This document shows, piece after piece, positions 1 through 7,870 of a stretch of DNA of 64,000 bases. This stretch comes from an uncultured Rikenellaceae bacterium (GTDB lineage Bacteria; Bacteroidota; Bacteroidia; Bacteroidales; VadinHA17): the NCBI GenBank assembly GCA_964640125.1, contig CAZXGG010000005.1, positions 11,416-75,415 of the forward strand, given 5' to 3'. The position numbers were made by a program, and so were the translations under genes. Position 1 is the first letter of the stretch, and the number at the start of each line of letters is the position of its first letter. The notes under the pieces are model-generated. The model was not told where the DNA came from, made no database searches, and saw only the letters and a list, made by a program, of their open reading frames with translations.

Positions 1-155
1 TTGCTCTTGGATTCATAACCTGTTGTGCCAATCTTTCAAAATCTTTCTTTTATATCAGTTTGGGAGTCGTCCTGTTTCTGGGTGCCATAGGGACTATATT
101 CTGCATGAAGTGCAACTGTAGCAGTTTCAAGAAAAAAAAAGATAACCCGACCTAA
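1..155 (+). CDS. 3' end of a gene for a Cys-rich integral membrane protein (gene starts upstream of the window)
   Basis: The frame starting at nt 3 reads ...ALGFITCCANLSKSFFYISLGVVLFLGAIGTIFCMKCNCSSFKKKKDNPT and stops at TAA 153-155. It has a hydrophobic helix and a basic tail. Family not identifiable. Confidence 0.3.
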   Translation, partial: ALGFITCCANLSKSFFYISLGVVLFLGAIGTIFCMKCNCSSFKKKKDNPT

Positions 156-241
156 GGGTAGAATTGACTGAGGATTCTACTTCGCCAGGGAATCCACTCC
201 AACCGATTGCAGGCATCAAAAAAAGTGACTTCCTGAAACGA

Positions 242-982
242 TTATCCCAATTCACTAATTCTCCTTAACAAATCCATATTACGGATCTCTATCGTTTTAC
301 CCTCAATGCGTAACAAACCATCTTTTCTGAATTCCGAAAGGGTCCGGATCACATTTTCTGTCCTCATCTCAATCAGATCGCCCACTTCCTTTCTGGAGAT
401 GGGCAGATCGAATTTGGCAGAGTGATATATCTGATCTGCAAATAGTAATATGATATAGGCAATTCTTCCCCGCAGTTGCTTGCCGGCAAGATCAATCTGG
501 GTTTTCAGTACCTGGTCGGAAACGATACTCATTTTTTCAAGGATACTTAAAGCAAATCCACCATTCCGTTTGATAATGGATACAATGGTATCCAGATGAA
601 TGAAACATAAAGAGGAATCTTCCAATGCCTGGATGGAATAGAGGTAATTTGAATTGGAAAAAACCGTTAGCAATCCGATAAAATCCATCGGTTTTGCAAT
701 GCTGATGATGTGCTCATGCCTTCCTGTTGCTTTCTTATACAATTTAACCAGTCCCTCTTTCAAATAAATGAAGTTTTTAATCTCTTCTCCTTCATGACAG
801 ATGACCTCTCCCCGTTTGAAATCAAGTTCCCGCTTGTTGAGATTGACCTCCAAGAGTTCCTCTTGGCTTAATTCATCAAAAAGGTAAGATTTATAACCAC
901 ACGTTTCGCATGTAAATTGCTTTTCTTTGTCGTTCATTAAAATTAATGTTTCGATACATCTATATATTATGCTATATAACAC
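242..982 (-). CDS. Crp/Fnr family transcriptional regulator (cNMP-binding domain plus C-terminal HTH)
   Basis: The 246-aa ORF has a cNMP-like beta-roll (ICHEGEE...IYLKEGLVKLY) and a C-terminal HTH (SRKEVGDLIEMRTENVIRTLSEFRKDGLL). An N-terminal CxxC (FTCETCG) is present. An alternative start at the internal Met (MNDKEKQ, nt 937) is plausible. Confidence 0.8.
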   Translation of the reverse strand: MLYSIIYRCIETLILMNDKEKQFTCETCGYKSYLFDELSQEELLEVNLNKRELDFKRGEVICHEGEEIKNFIYLKEGLVKLYKKATGRHEHIISIAKPMDFIGLLTVFSNSNYLYSIQALEDSSLCFIHLDTIVSIIKRNGGFALSILEKMSIVSDQVLKTQIDLAGKQLRGRIAYIILLFADQIYHSAKFDLPISRKEVGDLIEMRTENVIRTLSEFRKDGLLRIEGKTIEIRNMDLLRRISELG

Positions 983-984
983 TG

Positions 985-998
985 TTGATATATATCAT
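985..998. promoter_or_regulatory. FNR/CRP-type palindromic box TTGAT-N4-ATCAT
   Basis: TTGATATATATCAT differs at one position from the TTGAT-N4-ATCAA consensus. It lies in the divergent region between the Crp/Fnr gene and the SQR-family gene. Confidence 0.4.
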
Positions 999-1035
999 GC
1001 CATGGTATTTCACAGTAATGAAAACCTGAAATACA

Positions 1036-1067
1036 TTTGCAAAAAATTGATGCTCTCCATACCTTTG
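1036..1067 (+). promoter_or_regulatory. Candidate Bacteroidetes sigma-A promoter (-33 TTTG / -7 TAnnTTTG) for the sulfur operon
   Basis: TTTG at 1036-1039 and TACCTTTG at 1060-1067 are spaced 20 nt apart, about 60 nt upstream of the ATG at 1130. Confidence 0.35.
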
Positions 1068-1129
1068 TATAAACTCGGGGATTCTTAAAAATATTATAAT
1101 TTGGAGAACAAACCAAACACATTCATCCA

Positions 1130-2365
1130 ATGAAAAAAATAGTAATACTTGGAGGTGGAACCGGTGGCACCATCATGGCGAACAAACTCCGCAAAACCCT
1201 TGAGCGCGCTGAGTGGGAAATCACACTGGTTGACCAGCATAAAACCCACTATTATCAGCCGGGATTTTTGTTTATCCCTTTTGGCATATATAACAAATAC
1301 GATGTAATGAAGCCTAAAAGTGATTTCTTCCCGGCCGGAGTAAACGTGATCTATTCCACGATTGACCGGATTGAAGGGAAAAACAACACTGTATACCTTG
1401 AGGGTGGCAAAGTTTTACGGTATGATTTTCTCATCGTTGCAACCGGAACACAAATAAAACCGGAAGAGACCCCCGGATTAAAAGAGGAGCTTTGGTACAA
1501 GGAGATCTATGATTTTTACACCATTGAAGGAGCTGTTGCTCTTCGTGAGTTTTTCAGGTCCTGGCAGGGAGGCAGGCTGGTGATGAATATCGCCGAACTA
1601 CCATTTAAATGTCCTGTGGCACCCCTTGAATTTGCCTTTCTTGCCGATGCCTATTTTCACGAGATCGGTATACGCGATAAGGTTGAAATTACCTTTGTGA
1701 CACCGTTATCGGGAGCATTTACAAAACCCCGGGCAACAAAAATGCTGGGGCAGCTGCTGGAGGAAAAGAACATCACCGTGGTTCCGGAATTCTACCTGGA
1801 ACGGGTTGACAATGCGAAAAAGAAAATCATATCCTATGATGGACAGGAGATCCCGTTTGATGTACTCACCATTGTCCCCGTAAATATGGGCAGTGATATG
1901 ATAGAAAGAAGTGGTATGGGGGATGATTTAAACTTCGTTCCAACGGACAAATACACCCTGCAATCGGAGCAATTTAAAAATGTTTTCGTTCTGGGTGATG
2001 CCTCGAACATTCCAACCTCAAAAGCTGGATCGGTGGTTCATTTTGCAGCTGATGTTTTACTTGAAAATCTGCTGAGTGCCATCGAAAAAAGGCCATTACT
2101 GGCAAAATTTGACGGACACTCCAACTGCTACATTGAAACCGGTTTCGGAAAAGGATCCATCATTGATTTCAATTACGAAACCGAACCTCTGCCGGGAACT
2201 TTTCCCCTTCCCGGGATCGGTCCGTTCGGACTGCTGCAAAATACCAAAATGAATCATTACGGGAAGGTGTTGTTCCGGTGGATATACTGGCATATCCTGT
2301 TGCGCGGTAAGGAGATGCCCATTGAATCGGAGATGTCTATGGCCGGTAAAAAAATTTTTGACTAA
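1130..2365 (+). CDS. FAD-dependent pyridine nucleotide-disulfide oxidoreductase, sulfide:quinone oxidoreductase (SQR) family
   Basis: N-terminal Rossmann motif KIVILGGGTGGT. SQR-like FKCPVAPLE motif with a Cys, and a second conserved-looking Cys in HSNCYIETG. Second dinucleotide motif VFVLGDAS. 411 aa. Confidence 0.8.
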   Translation: MKKIVILGGGTGGTIMANKLRKTLERAEWEITLVDQHKTHYYQPGFLFIPFGIYNKYDVMKPKSDFFPAGVNVIYSTIDRIEGKNNTVYLEGGKVLRYDFLIVATGTQIKPEETPGLKEELWYKEIYDFYTIEGAVALREFFRSWQGGRLVMNIAELPFKCPVAPLEFAFLADAYFHEIGIRDKVEITFVTPLSGAFTKPRATKMLGQLLEEKNITVVPEFYLERVDNAKKKIISYDGQEIPFDVLTIVPVNMGSDMIERSGMGDDLNFVPTDKYTLQSEQFKNVFVLGDASNIPTSKAGSVVHFAADVLLENLLSAIEKRPLLAKFDGHSNCYIETGFGKGSIIDFNYETEPLPGTFPLPGIGPFGLLQNTKMNHYGKVLFRWIYWHILLRGKEMPIESEMSMAGKKIFD

Positions 2366-2377
2366 ATCCCTGCAAAC

Positions 2378-3052
2378 ATGACAGACAAAAACATACAGGT
2401 ACAAATCGATGAGATCAATCAAAAACTGGATTTGGTACTGCTTTATGTTAATGAACAACGGCTGAAAAGTGAACGGATGGATGATCTGGTAACAGATGTT
2501 TCCATTATCGGCAAAGACCTTTTTGACACTGCAGTCTATGAGCTGGACAATCAGGGCATAGAACTGGATGTTGAAGAGATGAAGGTGTTAGTCTTTAAAC
2601 TGATTAAGAATACAGGAAACTTTACCCGTGTTCTAGAAATGTTCGAAAGTGCCGTTGATTTTATGATGGACGCAGGACCCGTGGCAAGAGAGGTGATCAT
2701 TGATCTGATCAAGAAACTACATGAGTTTGAGCAGAAGGGCTATTTTGAGTTTTTCAATGAACTTTATCGGGTTTTGGACAACATTATTATCAATTATTCC
2801 GAAGAGGATGTGCGGTTGCTGGCAGATAATGTGGTTACCATTCTCGATACGCTAAAGAACCTCACCCAACCAGAAATGCTGAAAGCGATGAACAAGGCGG
2901 TGAACATTTATAAAAACCTTGGAACGGAAGAGATTGAAGAATATTCCCTGTTTAAAGCGCTGCGTGAAATGAGGACGCCGGAAATGAGACGGGTGATCGG
3001 CTTCATCATAACCTTTTTAAAAAATTTATCAAGAGAACAAAATATCAACTAA
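2378..3052 (+). CDS. DUF1641-like helical protein (usual partner of SQR-like flavoproteins)
   Basis: 224-aa soluble, helix-rich ORF starting 12 nt after the flavoprotein gene. The family assignment comes from gene context and remembered family character, not a search. Confidence 0.5.
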   Translation: MTDKNIQVQIDEINQKLDLVLLYVNEQRLKSERMDDLVTDVSIIGKDLFDTAVYELDNQGIELDVEEMKVLVFKLIKNTGNFTRVLEMFESAVDFMMDAGPVAREVIIDLIKKLHEFEQKGYFEFFNELYRVLDNIIINYSEEDVRLLADNVVTILDTLKNLTQPEMLKAMNKAVNIYKNLGTEEIEEYSLFKALREMRTPEMRRVIGFIITFLKNLSREQNIN

Positions 3053-3085
3053 TCGAAAATTTTAATTCATTAAAAACGCATCATT

Positions 3086-3397
3086 ATGGCAACAAAAAAT
3101 ATTGCTGGTAGCTCTGTCGATGTGAATGAGGAGGGTTATTTAACCGATCCTTCACAGTGGACAAGAGAAATTGCAGGTGAGCTTGCAAAAGAAGAAAACA
3201 TTGAGTTGACTGATAAGCATTTCGAAGTATTGGAATTCCTTAGAAAAGAATACCAGGCGGGTGCTCAGTTATCCATTCGTAAAGTTGGGAAATCCGGTAT
3301 CGTAGACATTAAAGGGTTATACGATCTGTTTCCCGGAGGACCGTTAAAAAAATCATCGAAGATAGCCGGAATTCCGAAACCGGCCAGTTGTGTTTAA
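3086..3397 (+). CDS. TusE/DsrC/DsvC family sulfur-relay protein (single C-terminal Cys, TusE type)
   Basis: 103 aa with EGYL..PSQW, LFPGGP.K...KIAGIPKPASCV. The C-terminal PKPxxC(V/I) signature matches TusE/DsrC. Confidence 0.85.
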   Translation: MATKNIAGSSVDVNEEGYLTDPSQWTREIAGELAKEENIELTDKHFEVLEFLRKEYQAGAQLSIRKVGKSGIVDIKGLYDLFPGGPLKKSSKIAGIPKPASCV

Positions 3398-3416
3398 TCC
3401 GTTAATCCAGAAAAAA

Positions 3417-3920
3417 ATGAGTCAAAAAGAAGATAAACCATTAAAAAAAGTATGCATCATCTGTGCAAAAGGAAGTATTGAAGATGTATATGCAACCCTG
3501 GTAATGGCGAATGGCGCCGTTATGGAGGGCATTGAGGCCAAGGTGTTTTTTACCTTTTTCGGATTGGATGCCATTACAAAGAAACAGATGAAGAAGTTAC
3601 ATACAGGTGTGGTTGGAAATCCTGCCATGAGGATGCCCGGGGGACTTCCTTTTCCAACATTCCTCGGTGTTCTGCCCGGAGTGGAGGCCGGTGTTTCCGT
3701 CATGATGAAAAGTCAGATGGAAAAACTGGATATTCCTCCCGTTGATGAATTCCTCGATATGATTACAGCAGGGGGTGGAGAGATCTATGCCTGTAAACTG
3801 GCAACCGACATGTTTAAGCTGAAGAAGGAAGATCTTTCAGAACATGTTATTGATATCATCACCATAGGTGATTTTTATGCATTGGCTGGTGGTGAAAACA
3901 CACAGATAATTTTTACCTAA
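3417..3920 (+). CDS. DsrE/DsrF-like family protein (COG2210-like)
   Basis: About 167 aa from the ATG at 3417 (the ORF track extends to 3390). It has VCIICAKGS at the N-terminus and a conserved-looking Cys in EIYACKLATDMF, and lies directly after the TusE-like gene. Confidence 0.6.
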   Translation: MSQKEDKPLKKVCIICAKGSIEDVYATLVMANGAVMEGIEAKVFFTFFGLDAITKKQMKKLHTGVVGNPAMRMPGGLPFPTFLGVLPGVEAGVSVMMKSQMEKLDIPPVDEFLDMITAGGGEIYACKLATDMFKLKKEDLSEHVIDIITIGDFYALAGGENTQIIFT

Positions 3921-3948
3921 ACGAAGCAATCATTTTTTCAATCCGCTT

Positions 3949-3978
3949 AATCCCTGTATTTTTACAGGGATTTTTTTT
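3949..3978 (+). terminator. Rho-independent terminator closing the sulfur operon
   Basis: AATCCCTGT / ACAGGGATT 9-bp stem followed by a T8 run, 29 nt after the stop at 3920. Confidence 0.8.
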
Positions 3979-4007
3979 GCTATTTTGTTAACTATTATTT
4001 CCATGTG

Positions 4008-4577
4008 ATGGATCCGCAACAGGTAACGGGAATTATTCTGGCAGGAGGCAACAGCTCAAGAATGGGCTTTGACAAAGGCCTGACTGATTTTCGGGGCAAA
4101 CCGCTTATTCAATACTCCATCGACATCCTTCAAGGGATTTGTTCCGGGATCATTATCAGCACCAACTCGCCCTCCTATCATCAACTGGGTTTTCCGGTTC
4201 AGAGTGACATCCTCCCCGGAGCAGGTCCAATGGGTGGTATTTATTCATCGCTTATGCACTCGGAAACGGAGCACAATCTGGTATTATCATGTGATACGCC
4301 TTTCGTAACTCCTGCCCTGCTGCAACGTCTCCTGGAAAATGCAAAAGGATACCAGGTAGTACTGCCTGCTTCAAAACCAGGGTTCGCAGAACCGCTTATT
4401 GGATATTATAACAAAAACAACACCACGGCCATGCTGGGTTTCATCGAAGGTGGTAATGTAAAACTAATTGATTATATTGAAACCACATTTTATCGGTTCA
4501 TTCCGGTGCATAGTGATCCGGATCAGTTCATTAATTTAAACACACCGGAAGATTTTAGAAACTTCGAGAAACAGTAA
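4008..4577 (+). CDS. mobA: Molybdenum cofactor guanylyltransferase
   Basis: The N-terminal GIILAGGNSSRMGFDKG nucleotidyl-transferase motif and the ~190-aa size are typical of MobA. GTG 4005 or ATG 4008 could be the start. Confidence 0.75.
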   Translation: MDPQQVTGIILAGGNSSRMGFDKGLTDFRGKPLIQYSIDILQGICSGIIISTNSPSYHQLGFPVQSDILPGAGPMGGIYSSLMHSETEHNLVLSCDTPFVTPALLQRLLENAKGYQVVLPASKPGFAEPLIGYYNKNNTTAMLGFIEGGNVKLIDYIETTFYRFIPVHSDPDQFINLNTPEDFRNFEKQ

Positions 4578-4599
4578 GAGAAGAACAAATTTTTCCCCG

Positions 4600-5841
4600 A
4601 TGGTCAGAACCTCTGATACAGCCCAGCTTGATCAATTGTGGATAAAAGCATCCGTAACCGGTGGGTTATGGGCTGCTGTAGAGATCATTCTGGGCAGTTT
4701 TTTACACAACCTGAAATTCCCCTTTGCCGGAACGATCTTAACCGCTATTGGGATTATTTTCCTTATCTCTTTTTATCAGATCTGGCCGGAAAAAGGATTG
4801 ATCTGGCGTGCCGGCCTGGTATGTGCTCTCATGAAGTCGATCTCTCCCAGTGCGGTAATTCTGGGACCAATGATCGGAATTTTTACGGAAGCGCTCCTGC
4901 TGGATTTAACCATCCGCATCGGGGGGAATTGGTTGTTCAGTTATGCATTGGGTGGTGCTCTGGCAATGATCAGCACCCTGTTACACAAAGTGATCAGTCT
5001 GTTAATTTATTACGGCTTTAACCTGATCCCGATCTATGAAAACATCTATTCCTTTGCATTACGACAGCTCCGTCTGCCCGAATCCAGTCCATGGAATCTC
5101 TTGCTTATTTTCCTGGTCATTTACATCATTGCAGGTATAATTTCTTCCCTAATCGGGTACATTATTGGAAGGAAATCAAAACAGATCGAGGTTTCCAGAC
5201 CCTTGAACATACAATTCAATAATCCAGGGAAAGAGTTATTTACCCTGCCTTCAAAACAAAGTTTTTCCCTTCCGCTTTTCTTTATACACCTGATCTCTGT
5301 ACTGATGGGTATGTTTCTATTGAACAGGATGAATTTTTTCATTTCCCTGGGTTTTGTAGTGATTTATACATGCTTCACGCTGATCTATTACAGAACCCTG
5401 ATCCACCGGTTCCGGAAGCCTTTTTTCTGGATCCAGATATTCCTGATGGTCATTGTAGCTGGATTATTCTGGGAAAACCTATCCAGCAATGATACGGCAT
5501 TTTCAATTACGGGTATATGGATTGGTATTGAGATGTGTTTGCGGGCAATCCTGATCTTTGTGGGATTTTCTTCTATCTCCATTGAGATTCGTAATCCTAT
5601 CATTAAAGCCTTTCTAATCAAAAAGGGGTTCCGGAAAATATATTTATCTGTCTCCATGGCGTTCGCAGCGCTACCCCTGATGATTGAGCGAATTTCCAAT
5701 CCCTTTCATTTCCTGATCAGACCGGGAAAATCCATTTCACTCATCGCGAATGATGCTCGTTCATGGTTATCCATTTTTGAAGTGGAAAAAACCCAACCCC
5801 GGATCAATGAAATGGACCGGGATGAGTCTGACCGATTGTGA
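4600..5841 (+). CDS. Polytopic inner-membrane protein of unknown function (~10 TM)
   Basis: 413-aa ORF, strongly hydrophobic throughout, starting 22 nt after mobA. No recognisable family motif. Confidence 0.5.
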   Translation: MVRTSDTAQLDQLWIKASVTGGLWAAVEIILGSFLHNLKFPFAGTILTAIGIIFLISFYQIWPEKGLIWRAGLVCALMKSISPSAVILGPMIGIFTEALLLDLTIRIGGNWLFSYALGGALAMISTLLHKVISLLIYYGFNLIPIYENIYSFALRQLRLPESSPWNLLLIFLVIYIIAGIISSLIGYIIGRKSKQIEVSRPLNIQFNNPGKELFTLPSKQSFSLPLFFIHLISVLMGMFLLNRMNFFISLGFVVIYTCFTLIYYRTLIHRFRKPFFWIQIFLMVIVAGLFWENLSSNDTAFSITGIWIGIEMCLRAILIFVGFSSISIEIRNPIIKAFLIKKGFRKIYLSVSMAFAALPLMIERISNPFHFLIRPGKSISLIANDARSWLSIFEVEKTQPRINEMDRDESDRL

Positions 5842-5899
5842 AGTGCGGAATTACCGAAAACGGGACAGGATATGTTCACCCGCTTAAATAAAGGAAGGC

Positions 5900-6136
5900 C
5901 TACTCGTCATCCACCTCTTCGAAATCAACATAATCCCCATCCTCATTACCGATATGTTTTTTCTTATCGGGGATATAATCAATGGTTACTTCTCCCTCCT
6001 TTTTTTTCTGGTTAGGTTCCGGTTGCCCGTCTCGATGTTCTGTTGTATCAGGTTTCCTGAACAACCATACCAGGAGTCGTATCAGGTAATATAACCCGAT
6101 TAAAATCAGTATTGTTCGTAACAGGCCAACCAGCAT
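5900..6136 (-). CDS. DUF4834-like small membrane protein
   Basis: 78 aa with an N-terminal TM helix, a basic/Lys-rich linker and the acidic C-terminal tail GDYVDFEEVDDE characteristic of this Bacteroidetes family. Confidence 0.65.
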   Translation of the reverse strand: MLVGLLRTILILIGLYYLIRLLVWLFRKPDTTEHRDGQPEPNQKKKEGEVTIDYIPDKKKHIGNEDGDYVDFEEVDDE

Positions 6137-6268
6137 ATTGGAAAAGTTTAATTCAGCTGATGAAGGTACGGATTTTTAGAGAAAGATCTTGAATAAGCCA
6201 TATTTTACAATTCAGCCGGGAGGCTCAATTGTTACGAAAGCAAATCCTTTTGAGCAGCACAATATTCT

Positions 6269-7861
6269 CTATTGTACCTGGTCCAGGATGGTGGATGGAA
6301 CCAGCGGTTTATCTTTCAGTCCTTTTGCCTTGCAGCCGAAGGTAAGGTTCAGGCCAAACCGAAAGTTCAAGGTCCGCTGGTCAAAAAACATCGGGATCTT
6401 CTGCGTATCACCATTGTCCGAAATCTCGATCATTGAATAACTCAACGGAATTCGGTCGGTGACAAAGTAAAACTGGATTGGGCCACCCCGGATCGCCATC
6501 CCGATTCCCAGGTTATTGTAAGAATAATTCATCATTGAATAACTTACGCTGAGTGAGAGAAAATTCGCCAGCAAGGTATTGGCTGAAAGGGTAACGGATT
6601 GGCGGAGTTTCCCTCCATAGATCTCTGATCGTGATAAAAGACCAACAGTTAAAAGGGGATGGATACGGTAGGTCGCACCAAGATATATTTTAGTTGGTAA
6701 CCAGGTGGTATAGGGATCATTCGAGCTCGTAAGCTCAAAAATATCAACGATGGAATCACCCAGGTTTTCAAATTCTGCATCCATGGTACTGTCGAAATCT
6801 TCACTTAACAACCCTTCACTTATATCAACACCGGTAAACTCAAACGTTCCATTCTGTTTGAAACTGTAAACGTCCTCCTTCCACTTTATAAAGCCCAGGT
6901 CAATGACACTTGCTGAGAAGTTTATCCGGTCATTCAACCTGTATTCCATACCGAGATCCACAGCAAAGCCTATATTCCCGCCATGCTCTAACAGGTAGGA
7001 TGCATCCGTACCCTCCAGAACGGACAAATCAATATCTCCGGAAAAAAGTGATTCCAGCCAGGTGGCATAAAGCACATCAACAGGATTGCCGAGGGAATCG
7101 TTAAACTCATAGGGTCCGGAACTATGCATGGTAAATTTCGAATGAAACAAGAGGTTATAGGTCTCCGGGTCAGTGTATAACCCAATATCCACATCATCAA
7201 ACGAAAAATTTGCCTTACCAAACAGCAATTTCCCTTTAAGCCCTGCAGTGAGTTTGTCCGTAATGTTCCTGGATGCTCCCACACTGTACTGCCTGTAATA
7301 GTTTATGTCAACATTGAAATTACTGAAATCAGCCGTTTTGCCAACATAAGCACCATTCCCTTGAAGCATTATGCCAAAAAGATCTTTGGGAAGCGAAAGC
7401 CTGAATGAATTTACATCAGAAAGATCGAATGTAAAATACCAGGCTTTCGATCTGAAACCAAACGTCAGCAGGCTTAAACTTACTTCAGGAGAAATATAAA
7501 GGCGGTCGTGCAGTTTGTCCAGGAAAAGATCGGTATCATAGGATGGGTGAAGGGGTGTAATAAGGGAGTCGGCAAATTCTCCCGAACCCTTGAAAATGAT
7601 ATCGTCAAAGTCCAAACTGTTGTTGTCATACCCCAATGAAATGGATGAGAGGGCCGGGAATCCGATATAGATATTACATTTCGGCTGAAAGGCAGGATTA
7701 AGATAGTGGTTCTGGGGTACTCCCTTCATATGATACAGTGTGTTATTCATTTGTGCAAATGAAGATGGTGCAGAGAAGCAAGCCATAAACAGGAGAATCC
7801 CCAATGACTTTTTACCTTGTTTAGAAAATTGGATCATTTGTGCATGTATTTTATGAATCAA
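6269..7861 (-). CDS. Predicted outer-membrane beta-barrel protein (possibly DUF5723-like)
   Basis: Signal peptide ...CFSAPSSFAQ. Alternating beta-strand pattern rich in aromatic, Gly, Asn and Ser residues. Near-C-terminal LNFRFGLNLTF strand. It is the third gene of a tightly packed minus-strand operon. Confidence 0.6.
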   Translation of the reverse strand: MIHKIHAQMIQFSKQGKKSLGILLFMACFSAPSSFAQMNNTLYHMKGVPQNHYLNPAFQPKCNIYIGFPALSSISLGYDNNSLDFDDIIFKGSGEFADSLITPLHPSYDTDLFLDKLHDRLYISPEVSLSLLTFGFRSKAWYFTFDLSDVNSFRLSLPKDLFGIMLQGNGAYVGKTADFSNFNVDINYYRQYSVGASRNITDKLTAGLKGKLLFGKANFSFDDVDIGLYTDPETYNLLFHSKFTMHSSGPYEFNDSLGNPVDVLYATWLESLFSGDIDLSVLEGTDASYLLEHGGNIGFAVDLGMEYRLNDRINFSASVIDLGFIKWKEDVYSFKQNGTFEFTGVDISEGLLSEDFDSTMDAEFENLGDSIVDIFELTSSNDPYTTWLPTKIYLGATYRIHPLLTVGLLSRSEIYGGKLRQSVTLSANTLLANFLSLSVSYSMMNYSYNNLGIGMAIRGGPIQFYFVTDRIPLSYSMIEISDNGDTQKIPMFFDQRTLNFRFGLNLTFGCKAKGLKDKPLVPSTILDQVQ

Positions 7862-7870
7862 CTGGCTCTC

